Source of the DNA: Christensenella sp. UBA7703
GTDB lineage: Bacteria > Bacillota > Clostridia > Christensenellales > CAG-138
Assembly (NCBI GenBank): GCA_002482505.1
Contig: DLGD01000014.1
Span: 3,645 to 67,644, forward strand
Length of the DNA stretch: 64,000 nt
Direction: 5' to 3'
The notes under the pieces were generated by a model. It searched no databases, was not told the origin of the DNA, and worked only from the letters and a program-made list of their open reading frames with translations. This document shows, in pieces, positions 30,501-39,026 of this stretch. The position numbers and the translations under genes are program-made. The stretch's first letter is position 1. The number at the start of each line of letters is the position of its first letter.

Positions 30501-31012
30501 TCCGCCGCGCGGTGGACGAGCAACAGGGTAAGAACCTCGAACCCGTCACGGAGAGCAGTGTCGATATCCCGATCGATGCGCACATTCCGCATGACTATGT
30601 GCCGAGCGAGCTCATGCGACTCAAGGCATATCGCAGAATTGCGGAGATCGACGGCGCGGAGAGCATGATGGACGTGACGGAAGAGTTCATCGACCGTTAT
30701 GGCGAACCGCCGGAGAGCGTGACAAACCTCATGCGCATCTCCGAGGTGAAGGCATACGCTTCGCATGCATTCATCGAGAGTGTGACGGTGCGGGATGGAG
30801 AAGCGCGCCTGCGCTTCTCGCAAAACGCGCGCCTGGATGGCGGGAAACTCATCTCCGCTGTCTCCGGTTTTGAGGGAGCACGGCTGATTGCAAGCGATCC
30901 GCCCGCCATCGAAATACGGCAGAAAAACGCCAGTGCGGAGGCAATCACCGGCAAACTGCCACAATTCCTTTACACAATTGTTCGTTGCGTAGACAACGAC
31001 GCGGGCATATAA
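27548..31012 (+). CDS. mfd: transcription-repair coupling factor Mfd
   Basis: 1154 aa. It has a UvrB-homology N-terminal region, an RNAP-interacting domain (DYIVHETHGIGRF), the SF2 helicase motifs GDVGYGKTE and DEEH, and a TRG motif region. It follows pth, as in Firmicutes. Confidence 0.95.
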   Translation: MTPGMDHNPILNLLDSATDYQRMRLALEGGKGPVAAFGVAANAKAHLCASLARTRQVLFVTATDVTAAQLHESARLFGVRAELFLPRETPLVYVHAASGENRSARISALSALLSGEPCVVAASAAALLQALAPKGAFASSQLSLSVGDTLEPRSLVERLVSAGYERVEMVEGRGQCAARGDLVDVFAPGEEYPVRIEFFGDEIDQMRTFDAVSQRSVEQISTIVIRPALETPQPKELTQKALKRIAGRAGLSDQEDAWSEGIASVGGDVLLPLLYKKTETLLDYLREDAILIVDEALLIDEALRTEQLRFAETVKAMLERDEGVPEQGALERGANETLERLHTGRTALFYALSRTHPQFSPREIVNLESRGAPQFMGAFDEIAREIKRLNQQGEKTVIYAGEQTEELLQNLADYDAHAVAMSELPTELPAGKTLILPGQLARGFSYPQLKLNIFCEFEITGRTERAVKKTRAKKHLSFSELSVGDYIVHETHGIGRFVKVEPLTVQGNTKDYLLIEYRGGDRLYIPTDQLDRVQKYVGGGEEETGPQLSKLGGAEWTNRVNKAKSAAKKLAFDLAALYAERASAQGFAFSKDTAWQRTFEERFPYELTPDQKQSMEEIKADMQQIRPMDRLLCGDVGYGKTELALRAIFKAIQDGKQAALLVPTTILAQQHYNTMCSRFADFPVKAACLSRFQTAKEREAIKEALAKGQVDVVVGTHALLAKDVKYKALGLLVIDEEHRFGVNHKEQIKAMKKSVDVLTLTATPIPRTLNLSMTGIRDISVIETPPEARYPVQTYVMEHSDALVKDALSRELARKGQAYVVSNRVISMEQTMRKLESLVPEARITIAHGQMGENQLENAMLDFLEQRYDILLCSTIIESGLDIGNANTMIVLEADKMGLAQLYQLRGRVGRSNRIGYAYFTVQSGRVMNEKAAKRLMAIREFTQFGAGFQLAMRDLEIRGAGSLLGAEQHGHITDVGYEYYVKLIRRAVDEQQGKNLEPVTESSVDIPIDAHIPHDYVPSELMRLKAYRRIAEIDGAESMMDVTEEFIDRYGEPPESVTNLMRISEVKAYASHAFIESVTVRDGEARLRFSQNARLDGGKLISAVSGFEGARLIASDPPAIEIRQKNASAEAITGKLPQFLYTIVRCVDNDAGI

Positions 31013-31120
31013 TGGGAAAAGCGGCATAGGAGATCCGTCTGACACGGTTCTTGTTATGCAAAGCTCTATTTTCATTTCCACTGCGCAGAAGCGCTGAATA
31101 AATAAGGGAGAAAATCAAGC

Positions 31121-32578
31121 ATGTTGAACAACACCTGGAAAAAAGCGCTCTCCGCGCTGATAGCGGTCGCTCTGACGCTGTCGTTTGCGGCCTGCGGAAA
31201 AGGCGCAAACAACGCCAGCCCCTCCAACGCAACGTCTTCCAACGCGGCTGCCGATCCTGATCGGGACGCAATCGCCGTTCAAGTTGGCGACAAATACACC
31301 ATTACCAAAGGCGAGATTGCGGATCAGTATGACTATATGGTCTCCATGTATTCCGCCTATGGCATGAGCGCACCGACCACGGACGAGGACATCGAAGCCA
31401 TGCAGGACAACGTGGTCTCCTCTCTCGTGACGGAAAAGATCAAGCTTTACGAAGCGGATCAGCTCGGCATCACCCTCACCGACGAACAGAAGGCAGAGGT
31501 TGAAAAGCAGGTTGATGAGCAGATGACATCCTATACGGATAGCTTCCGCGAGCAGGCAAAGCAGGAAGGCGCGGCCGATGTGGAAGCGCGTGCACTGGAG
31601 ATCTTCCAGGAGCAGATCGATGCAGCCGGCATGGAGCTTGACGTGGACGGATTCCGCAACTTCATGGCGGAGCGTTACACCGAAGAGGCCATCAAGGAAG
31701 CTTTGAAGGCGGAAGTGACCAAGGGCGTCACCGCGACGGATGAAGAAATCCAGACGTATTTTGACGACCTGCTCAAGAGCCAGAAGGAAACCTACACCAC
31801 AACGCCGGCCGACTTTGGCTACGCGGCGGAAGATTTCCAGATGAACGGCGGAGACCCGATGCTCTATACGCCGGAAGGTTATGTGCGCGTGCGCTCCATT
31901 TCCATTTCGCCCGCGGGTGAAGTCTCCGCGGACTACACCGCACTCAAGGATGAACTGACCGCGATTGAGACGAAATACGGCACGGCGGCGCTCTCTGCGC
32001 TGGCCGACAAATATGCCGCGAAGAACGCGGCGGCAACCGACACGAGCATCAACGTCACCACCGGCGAAATCGAAGGCGGCGCGGAGATGGTGAGCGACTA
32101 CATCACCAAGAAGGCTGCTGCGGACGCGCTGTATGAAGAGTTCATCAAGGATGCGCGTGAAAAGGCAAACGAAGCGCTTGCTTCTTTGGAAGCGGGCACG
32201 AGCTTTGAAGATGTGCTCAAGAAATACGGCGAAGACACGATGTATACCCAGTATCCGACCTTTGTGGACACGGGCCTTCTGATGTATGTCGGCGGAGCGG
32301 ACACCACCTGGAACGAAGAGCTCGTCAAAGCGGTTGGCCTGCTCAAGAACGGCGAACATACCGGCGTTATCCTCGTGGACGATGTGTTCTACATCCTCCA
32401 GTTGGTCGGCAGCGAGCCCGCGGGCGAGAAAACGCTTACGGATGCGCATGACGATATCAAGGCCGCTGTGATCACCAAGAACAGCGACACGCTCTGGGGA
32501 ACGCAGATTGAAACCTGGCAGAACGACACCAAGATCGTGAAGTATTTTGAGGATGTGTATCGCAGCATCGGGAAATAA
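31121..32578 (+). CDS. lipoprotein peptidyl-prolyl isomerase (PrsA/SurA-like, long form)
   Basis: Lipobox LTLSFAAC. A SurA-like N-terminal chaperone region is followed by a parvulin-like C-terminal part. 485 aa. Confidence 0.75.
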   Translation: MLNNTWKKALSALIAVALTLSFAACGKGANNASPSNATSSNAAADPDRDAIAVQVGDKYTITKGEIADQYDYMVSMYSAYGMSAPTTDEDIEAMQDNVVSSLVTEKIKLYEADQLGITLTDEQKAEVEKQVDEQMTSYTDSFREQAKQEGAADVEARALEIFQEQIDAAGMELDVDGFRNFMAERYTEEAIKEALKAEVTKGVTATDEEIQTYFDDLLKSQKETYTTTPADFGYAAEDFQMNGGDPMLYTPEGYVRVRSISISPAGEVSADYTALKDELTAIETKYGTAALSALADKYAAKNAAATDTSINVTTGEIEGGAEMVSDYITKKAAADALYEEFIKDAREKANEALASLEAGTSFEDVLKKYGEDTMYTQYPTFVDTGLLMYVGGADTTWNEELVKAVGLLKNGEHTGVILVDDVFYILQLVGSEPAGEKTLTDAHDDIKAAVITKNSDTLWGTQIETWQNDTKIVKYFEDVYRSIGK

Positions 32579-32594
32579 CCGTTGTGACGCGAGG

Positions 32595-32626
32595 GGGGCT
32601 GTCCAGAAATGGACAGCTCCTTTTTT
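32595..32626 (+). terminator. intrinsic terminator after the PrsA-like gene
   Basis: 10-bp stem ggggctgtcc / ggacagctcc (one G-U pair), loop agaaat, then tttttt. Confidence 0.8.
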
Positions 32627-32821
32627 GTGTGAGCATCGGCAGGTGATGAGCGCGGGCGGATGGAATGCGGGCGGATAACATCCGCCCGCGTCGCTCCAAC
32701 CACACGTTTTCTTGTTCCAAGGCATTTTCATCCGTCCGCGGCCCCAAAACGGCAAAGGGTTGTCCTGCTTGACAGCCGTCATAGTTGTAAAGTTTGCATT
32801 CTGTAAAAGACACCAACAGAA

Positions 32822-32848
32822 AAAAGAATCACAGTAAATTTACTTGTC
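32822..32848. promoter_or_regulatory. 27-bp repeat copy 1 (contains an imperfect palindrome; candidate operator)
   Basis: aaaagaatcacagtaaatttacttgtc. It is identical to copy 2 at 32933-32959. The core ACAGTAAA/TTTACT(T)GT is an inverted repeat. Confidence 0.5.
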
Positions 32849-32932
32849 GTTTCTGCAGATTGCAGCTGATTTTTGTATTATATGCGATAGAAGTGTTGCA
32901 AGGCATGCTGTTTCCCGTCGTGATGATTTATC

Positions 32933-32959
32933 AAAAGAATCACAGTAAATTTACTTGTC
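32933..32959. promoter_or_regulatory. 27-bp repeat copy 2, overlapping the candidate -35 of the rubredoxin promoter
   Basis: Identical 27-mer. Candidate promoter: TTGTCT (32955-32960), 17-nt spacer, TATATT (32978-32983), about 85 nt upstream of the rubredoxin ATG. Confidence 0.5.
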
Positions 32960-33073
32960 TTTACAATTGGTATTTGCTATATTGAAACCAGAACGAAACT
33001 GCCGAGACGCATCCTAGTATATGAAGGAACGGCTAGCTGGTTCAATTCATTCAAGCAGGAGGTAATGTGTAGT

Positions 33074-33229
33074 ATGAAGTATGAGTGCGTTTGCGGTTAT
33101 GTATATGATCCCGAGGTTGGCGATCCGGATAGCGGCATTGCCCCAGGCACCGCGTTTGAAGATCTGCCCGAAGATTGGGTTTGCCCCGTCTGCGGAATGG
33201 ACAAGGAAGCCTTCACGGCCATTGCATAA
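33074..33229 (+). CDS. rubredoxin (51 aa; below the ORF-track length cutoff)
   Basis: Hand translation gives [51 protein letters not shown]. It has the two CxxCG knuckles and the conserved DPxxG..PGT.F..LP..W.CP.CG pattern. The SD is aggagg, 8 nt upstream. Confidence 0.9.
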   Translation: MKYECVCGYVYDPEVGDPDSGIAPGTAFEDLPEDWVCPVCGMDKEAFTAIA

Positions 33230-33250
33230 CAGAAAAGAACTATTGCAACA

Positions 33251-33290
33251 AACAACGCTCCGGTTTTACCGGAGCGTTGTTCTGTTTCTT
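33251..33290. terminator. bidirectional intrinsic terminator
   Basis: 13-bp perfect stem aacaacgctccgg / ccggagcgttgtt with loop tttta, then T-rich sequence. It lies between convergent genes. Confidence 0.8.
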
Positions 33291-33329
33291 GCGTAGGATG
33301 TCCCTGCTTTTTCTTACAGTATCGGAACG

Positions 33330-34421
33330 CTATTTAAATTCCGGTTGCGTTCTTTCATAGAGCGCGGTATACAGCGCCTTGATGCCGTCGATGATTCTTG
33401 GGCCTGCGCGCGTGATCAGAGCGGGGTCTATGTAGTAGACACGGTTGTTTTTCACCGCGTCAACGGTTACCCATTCGCTGCGGGAGAGAATCTCTGCCGT
33501 CCCGCTCATCGCAGCGCTGCCTGCATCCGGCGAGGTTTCGGTTGCATCCGGCGTGGCTGCCGGATCGGGGGTTGCATTCGGGTCGGGCGTGCTTGGCGCG
33601 ATCTCTTTGGTGGCGGTCAGGATGATGTCCGGCGAGCGCCCGACCACCTGATCCTGCGTGACGCTGAGAAGCCCGGTTTGGTCCTCAAACTCGTTGTGAT
33701 AGCCTACGAGCGTGATCAGCGAGGAGAAGATATTGCCGCTGCCATACGTAGTCATTCCCTTTGCCATCGGGGTCAGTTCGAGATAGACGGTGTCCGATTG
33801 CGCGGAGATCTTTGCCTGCATGGCGGCAATCGACGTCACAAGCTCTGAAACGAGCGCGTTTGCCTCCGTGTTGTGGTTGGTGAGGGTACCAAGAAGCGTG
33901 ATTGCGCCATACATATTATTCACGTCTGTCACGTTGGTGACGGCGATGGTGACACCCGCGTTTTTCAGCGCGTCTACCAGCTTGGTATCTGCCGCGTCCT
34001 CCGGTCCCATGACGACAAGCTGCGGCTCGCGCAGCAATAGCACATCCGGGTCGTTTTTGCCGTTTGCCGTGGCATACGGAAGGAGGTTAACCTCCGCCGG
34101 ATAGTCGCAGTTGATCGAACGGCCGACGACGTTCGCGCCCGCACCGATGGCGTAGAGAATTTCGCAATCCCCGGGGTCAAGCACGACAATGCGCTCCGGA
34201 TACGCGCTCAGGCGGATTTGGTTGCCCGCCATATCCGTCACATCCACTAGGTATGTGCCGGAGGACGGATCTGACACGGCGCTGCTCGGTACAAAGTCCG
34301 AGGCAACGCTGGGAGAGCCGTCTTCCACGGGCACGGGGGAAGGAAGCGCGCAGGCCGCCATCGAAAGCGCGAAAACGAGCGCAAGCGTGAGAGAGAGCGC
34401 GGACTTGGTTCGGTTGGTCAT
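33330..34421 (-). CDS. ABC transporter substrate-binding lipoprotein, iron-siderophore/cobalamin type (PBP type 8)
   Basis: Start MTNRTKSALSLTLALVFALSMAAC (lipobox) at 34421. The core ERIVVLDPGDCEILYAIGAGANVVGRS is typical of BtuF/FhuD-class proteins. No adjacent permease or ATPase gene. Confidence 0.8.
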   Translation of the reverse strand: MTNRTKSALSLTLALVFALSMAACALPSPVPVEDGSPSVASDFVPSSAVSDPSSGTYLVDVTDMAGNQIRLSAYPERIVVLDPGDCEILYAIGAGANVVGRSINCDYPAEVNLLPYATANGKNDPDVLLLREPQLVVMGPEDAADTKLVDALKNAGVTIAVTNVTDVNNMYGAITLLGTLTNHNTEANALVSELVTSIAAMQAKISAQSDTVYLELTPMAKGMTTYGSGNIFSSLITLVGYHNEFEDQTGLLSVTQDQVVGRSPDIILTATKEIAPSTPDPNATPDPAATPDATETSPDAGSAAMSGTAEILSRSEWVTVDAVKNNRVYYIDPALITRAGPRIIDGIKALYTALYERTQPEFK

Positions 34422-34837
34422 GGTTGGGAATTCCTTTCCTGCCGATGCGCGACGCGGGGGATGAAGGCAAACACAAAACATCTGTGCGTGCGCCGCGCGG
34501 ATATTGGTCGTGAAAACTGGCTACAGTATAGCACCGTATTTGGCAGAGGGTCAATTGAGGCAGAGCTGGGAGGGGGGAGCGCCGTTTTTGCGGCAATACG
34601 CAGGAATCGTTACTGGTATTCCTTAAAAAGTCTTGCAGAATTGATTAAAACGCAATATTTCATGGAATAGATTGCTTTAAGCGCCGAACCAGTGTGAAGA
34701 CTGTTTACGGATTCGTAGCAGGAAGTTCACACAATTGCGCCGTGCGCTGTACGCGTGGGAGAAAAAGGAGTAAGATAAAGCAGGCAAGAATGATTTTGCA
34801 CAACTGAATGAATCGCGCAAGAAGGGATTGAACCGGC

Positions 34838-35800
34838 ATGAAAAAGAAGTATCCCATTGACGAGCATCTCAAACTCACGCTCAACGGAACAACGCTCGAT
34901 TTCCGCATCCGCGGCATGCAGGAGGAAAACCCTGTGCTGCTGTTTCTGCACGGCGGGCCTGGCGTTTGCGACCGGCATTTTGTGCTGGAGGATCAAGCGC
35001 CGCTGACGGACATCTGCACGCTTGTTTGTTTCGATCAGCGTGGCGCAGGGAAGAGCTACACCCGCGCGCAGGCGGCAGAGCACATGGATATGGAGCTGGT
35101 GTTGGGGGACGCGATTGCCGCGATCGACTGGCTGAGAGAGCGCTTTCATCAGGAAAAGATCTATCTTGCGGGGCACAGCTACGGCAGCTTTCTTGGGGTC
35201 ACGCTCTGCACGCGCGTGCCTGAAAAGATTGCGGCCTATATCGGCACGGGCCAGCTCGCAAACGGGGCGGAGAACGAGCGCATCTCGTATGAGTTTGTGC
35301 TGGGTGAGGCGACGAAAAAAGGGGATAAAAAGGCGCTCGAAGTGCTTGCGCGCATCGGCGCGCCGGTCGACGGGTTCTACCGTTCTCTGGATGATCTCAC
35401 CGTGCAGCGAAACCTGATGACGAAGTTTGGCGGAGCCGCGCACGGCAAGAAGGAGGGCATGATCTCGTCGATGGTATTGCCCATTTTGCGCTCGCCGGAA
35501 TATGCGCTTTTCGACATCGCAGGCTATGCAAAGGGGGCTTACTACAACCTCCGTGAACTCTGGCGCGAGGTGATCACCTGCAAGTTTGACCAGACGGTCA
35601 AACAACTGGACGTTCCTGTCTTCATCACACAAGGACGGCACGACCAAAATACGCCTCCAGAGATTGCGAAGCCGTGGTTTGACGCGCTGGAAGCGCCAAA
35701 GAAGGAATGGATTTGGTTTGAAGAGAGCGCGCATTCGCCCATCCGAGAAGAGAAGGAAAAATGGAATCAAACCATCCGATCCCGCGTGTTCGGGAAATAA
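34838..35800 (+). CDS. alpha/beta hydrolase (proline iminopeptidase-like)
   Basis: HGGPG oxyanion motif, GHSYGS nucleophile elbow, and a C-terminal ...SAHSP.. His region. Confidence 0.85.
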   Translation: MKKKYPIDEHLKLTLNGTTLDFRIRGMQEENPVLLFLHGGPGVCDRHFVLEDQAPLTDICTLVCFDQRGAGKSYTRAQAAEHMDMELVLGDAIAAIDWLRERFHQEKIYLAGHSYGSFLGVTLCTRVPEKIAAYIGTGQLANGAENERISYEFVLGEATKKGDKKALEVLARIGAPVDGFYRSLDDLTVQRNLMTKFGGAAHGKKEGMISSMVLPILRSPEYALFDIAGYAKGAYYNLRELWREVITCKFDQTVKQLDVPVFITQGRHDQNTPPEIAKPWFDALEAPKKEWIWFEESAHSPIREEKEKWNQTIRSRVFGK

Positions 35801-36097
35801 CGGCTCTTACGGGGATGGAGATCATCCCCGCTTTTTGTAGGCATTTTCGGAATATGAACAGAAAACACGTTCTGACGGTGAAATGAAAACACAAGTGGGG
35901 GAAAGACGATTATATTTGAAAGATTCTGAAAACAAATGTAGCGCGCTCTTTCCCTCATGCGTATCATTTGGTATGATACACGATGCACCAATGTGGCGCA
36001 TTGCCGCAATTCTGCCCCGGCGGGGTGTGGCGGTGACTGGCAAGCGGAGGTTTCCTCTGCCGGTTCTCAAAAAATATGCGATAGATTTGGAGAGAGC

Positions 36098-37294
36098 ATG
36101 GAAAGACGCGCCGTTGCGAAGAAAAAACGCAATTTAGGCCATATCGATTATCCAATTGTACTCATGGTCGGTTTGCTTTGTGCATTTGGGCTGGTCATGG
36201 TGTTTTCGGCAAGCTATTATTATGCGCAGAACACGGCATCCGTCGGCTACGACGGCTATTTTTACATCCGCAAACAGGCCATGTATCTCGCCATCGGATT
36301 CCCGATGATGATTGGGCTTTCGTTTTTCGACTATCGGAGGCTGGAACAGTTTAAACTGATCGCAATCCTGATCTCCATTGCGTTGCTGCTGGCGGTGCTT
36401 GTCTTCGGACAGGAGACGAACGGGGCGCGCCGCTGGATCGTCATCGGCGGACAGAGTATTCAGCCTTCCGAGATTGCGAAATTCGGCATGATGCTTTATA
36501 TGGCGTCATTCGCTTCAAAAAAGTATAAGGTCATGCAAAGCTTTACCAAGGGTATGTTGCCGATGCTTCTGGTTATCGGCGTGATCTGCGGTCTTGTTAT
36601 GTTGCAGCCAAACATGTCCATGGCGGTTATCATGGGTCTGATGGGCTATGCGCTGCTCTTTGTCGGCGGCTGTGATACCAAGCAGATGTTTCTGCTCGCG
36701 GTCGTGCTCGCGGCATTGTTTGCACTGCTGGCGATCATCGAACCCTACCGTCTGGCGCGGCTGACATCGTTTGTCGACCCGTGGAAAGACGCGCTGGGCG
36801 ACGGCTATCAGCTGATCCAGTCTTATTATGCGCTCGGTTCCGGTGGGCTGTTCGGCGTTGGACTCAACAACAGCCGGCAGAAGCTGCTTTATATGACGTA
36901 TGGCGAATCGGACTTCATCTTCGCGATCGTTGCTGAAGAGCTTGGACTTATTGGCGCGCTGCTCGTACTTGCCGCCTTCGGGTTTATCGTCTATCGCGGG
37001 ATTCGCATCGCACTCATGTGCCGGGATCGATTCGGAAGCATGCTTGCAGGCGGCATCACGGTCGTTTTCGGCCTGCAGGTGTTCGTGAATATCGGCGTAT
37101 GCACAGGACTGCTGCCTACGACCGGACAAGCGCTTCCCTTCATCAGCGCGGGCGGTTCTTCGATGATGATCTTCCTTGCGGCTATGGGCGTGCTGCTCAA
37201 TATCTCGCGCTACAACAGCCTGCACAACAATCAGCCGGAGGTTGTGGAGAAGAAGGCCACGCGCAACGCGAGAAGCGAGCGTGTGAACGCATAA
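36098..37294 (+). CDS. FtsW/RodA/SpoVE family peptidoglycan glycosyltransferase
   Basis: ATG at 36098 follows ggagagagc. The product has about 10 TM segments and conserved ...GARRWI..G..IQPSE.AK.. and ..TGQALPFISAGGSS.. motifs. Confidence 0.9.
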   Translation: MERRAVAKKKRNLGHIDYPIVLMVGLLCAFGLVMVFSASYYYAQNTASVGYDGYFYIRKQAMYLAIGFPMMIGLSFFDYRRLEQFKLIAILISIALLLAVLVFGQETNGARRWIVIGGQSIQPSEIAKFGMMLYMASFASKKYKVMQSFTKGMLPMLLVIGVICGLVMLQPNMSMAVIMGLMGYALLFVGGCDTKQMFLLAVVLAALFALLAIIEPYRLARLTSFVDPWKDALGDGYQLIQSYYALGSGGLFGVGLNNSRQKLLYMTYGESDFIFAIVAEELGLIGALLVLAAFGFIVYRGIRIALMCRDRFGSMLAGGITVVFGLQVFVNIGVCTGLLPTTGQALPFISAGGSSMMIFLAAMGVLLNISRYNSLHNNQPEVVEKKATRNARSERVNA

Positions 37295-37349
37295 TTCCCG
37301 CTTGAACCGCGACGCGACAGGACGAACAAACAACAGAAAGTCTGAATAG

Positions 37350-38882
37350 ATGGCGAAAGACAAGGGTAAACAATCGAATCACGAACCAAACGGGACAAAG
37401 AAGAAGAGTTTTTGGTCAAACTTCTTTGAGCCTGTTCCTTCGGATGACGATTTTGACCCGGCATCTGCAAACCGCCAGTACGGAGAGCCGCCAGAACCGC
37501 CACTGAAGCACCTCTTTAGCGACGACGATGTGGAATTTTCGGACGAAGAGGATGCGGAAGACCTCGCCAAGCTCACTTGGGCGGACGGCGAGAAGGTTGT
37601 TTCGGATACACAGCGCCTGCGCTACCACGCGAAGCCGGGCGAGAGCGAAAAACTGAAGACAAAGCGCAAGAATGCGGATTCGATGCGCCTGTTTGATCGC
37701 GCGGAAGACGACTTTTTTGAGGACGAGGAGCCGCCGGCGCCGGGGCACACCACGCGCACGCGAATTTTCCGCACGGGCGCTTCGACAACCGCACGCATCC
37801 ACATCAACGAAACAGAAGAGACGATTCGCATGGCGGAGGCACAGAAAAAAGCCCGCGCCAGAGAGGCCGCGCGCAAGCACGAAGAATATGTGGAAAAGCA
37901 ACTGCGCAAAGCGCAGAGCGCGGCGATTGCGAAGCGTCTCTTCAGCAACCTCGTGTTCGTGTTTGCGATTCTCGTTGCAGTCGGCGTAGCGCTCTACTAT
38001 GGCTTCCTGCTTTCCGACATTGTCGTGATGGGAAACGAAAGCTACACCTCGGACTATATCATCGAGCGATCCGGCCTCAAACTCGGCACGCATATGCTCT
38101 TTGTCGATCTGGACGCGGCGGAGGAGAACATCTCGCAGGATCCGTATTTGCAGGTGGATTCGGTTACCTATATTTTCCCCGCGCGGGTGAGAATCGTTGT
38201 GACGGAGCGAAAGGCGGTTGCGGGCATCGTGGGTCTTGACAGCAACGTGATCATCGACAAAAACGGTTACGTGCTCTCCATGGCGGGCGGGACGGACATA
38301 TCCGATTTGATTCAGGTTACGGGTGTGACGGTTTCGGGCTATCAGCTTGGCCAAAGACTCGGCCAGGCTGCCGATTTTTCAACTTCAACGCTGGTACAGC
38401 TCATCTCTGTGCTGGAGCAGTTCAATCTTTCGAGCTCGATCAAGAACATCGATTTGACCACGCCTTTGGCGATCACGATGACGGCGGACAACGGGCTGAA
38501 GATTCACGTCGGTCAGGCGACGGATCTGGACACGAAGATGGGGGTGCTCTCAAGATTGCTGCCGCTGTATCTGAACAAAGGGGTAAGCGTCGGCACGCTG
38601 TACTTATATGCGAAGGGCACCGCGGTGTATTCCAAGACCTCATATCTTGACCTGACGCCGATTGAGACGGCGGGAGATAGCACAAGTCTCGCCTTGCCGG
38701 TGGATGAAAACGGAGACGGTATCGATGACAACACGGGCCTTCCGATTACCGCACAGCAGGTTGATTTGGACAAGGACGGGTTTGACGACAACACCGGGTT
38801 GCCGGTCACGACGCCATCCACCTCGACCGCGCCGACAGGCCCGACGCCGACACCGACTGGCGGAGACGATTTCCAAGGGTAA
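37350..38882 (+). CDS. FtsQ/DivIB-like cell division protein with long N- and C-terminal extensions
   Basis: A single TM at about aa 195-215 is followed by a POTRA-like region (IVVMGNESYTSDYIIERSGL...) and an FtsQ-like beta domain. It sits next to the ftsW-like gene. There is a ~190-aa charged N-terminal tail, and the C-terminus has two DxDGxDDNTGLP repeats and a Pro/Thr tail. Confidence 0.6.
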   Translation: MAKDKGKQSNHEPNGTKKKSFWSNFFEPVPSDDDFDPASANRQYGEPPEPPLKHLFSDDDVEFSDEEDAEDLAKLTWADGEKVVSDTQRLRYHAKPGESEKLKTKRKNADSMRLFDRAEDDFFEDEEPPAPGHTTRTRIFRTGASTTARIHINETEETIRMAEAQKKARAREAARKHEEYVEKQLRKAQSAAIAKRLFSNLVFVFAILVAVGVALYYGFLLSDIVVMGNESYTSDYIIERSGLKLGTHMLFVDLDAAEENISQDPYLQVDSVTYIFPARVRIVVTERKAVAGIVGLDSNVIIDKNGYVLSMAGGTDISDLIQVTGVTVSGYQLGQRLGQAADFSTSTLVQLISVLEQFNLSSSIKNIDLTTPLAITMTADNGLKIHVGQATDLDTKMGVLSRLLPLYLNKGVSVGTLYLYAKGTAVYSKTSYLDLTPIETAGDSTSLALPVDENGDGIDDNTGLPITAQQVDLDKDGFDDNTGLPVTTPSTSTAPTGPTPTPTGGDDFQG

Positions 38883-38912
38883 ACGTTCTGAAATACTGTG
38901 AAAGAAACAAAC

Positions 38913-38950
38913 AAGCGGGGCTGCCGAGAGGCAGCCCCGCTTGCGTTTAT
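38913..38950 (+). terminator. intrinsic terminator
   Basis: 12-13-bp stem aagcggggctgcc / ggcagccccgctt with loop gaga. Confidence 0.75.
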
Positions 38951-39026
38951 CCGTTTCCCGAAGGGAAAGAAAAATCATTACAGAACTATAAAGAGAATCG
39001 TTTCACAAGGGAATTGAAAGAAGAAA

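Noticed and set aside
32822-32959. CRISPR-like array suggested by the identical 27-bp repeats.
   Set aside because: There are only two copies, 111 bp apart. There are no further repeats and no cas genes, and the repeat overlaps a promoter. An operator interpretation fits better.
32794-32985. 63-aa ORF spanning both 27-bp repeats (KNHSKFTC occurs twice in its translation).
   Set aside because: The internal peptide duplication is a by-product of the DNA repeat. There is no SD, and the region is otherwise promoter-like.
34422-34620. Cobalamin riboswitch upstream of the BtuF/FhuD-like binding protein.
   Set aside because: The leader after the predicted promoter is only about 95 nt. I found no B12 box (AGYCMGGAGACCKGCC-like).
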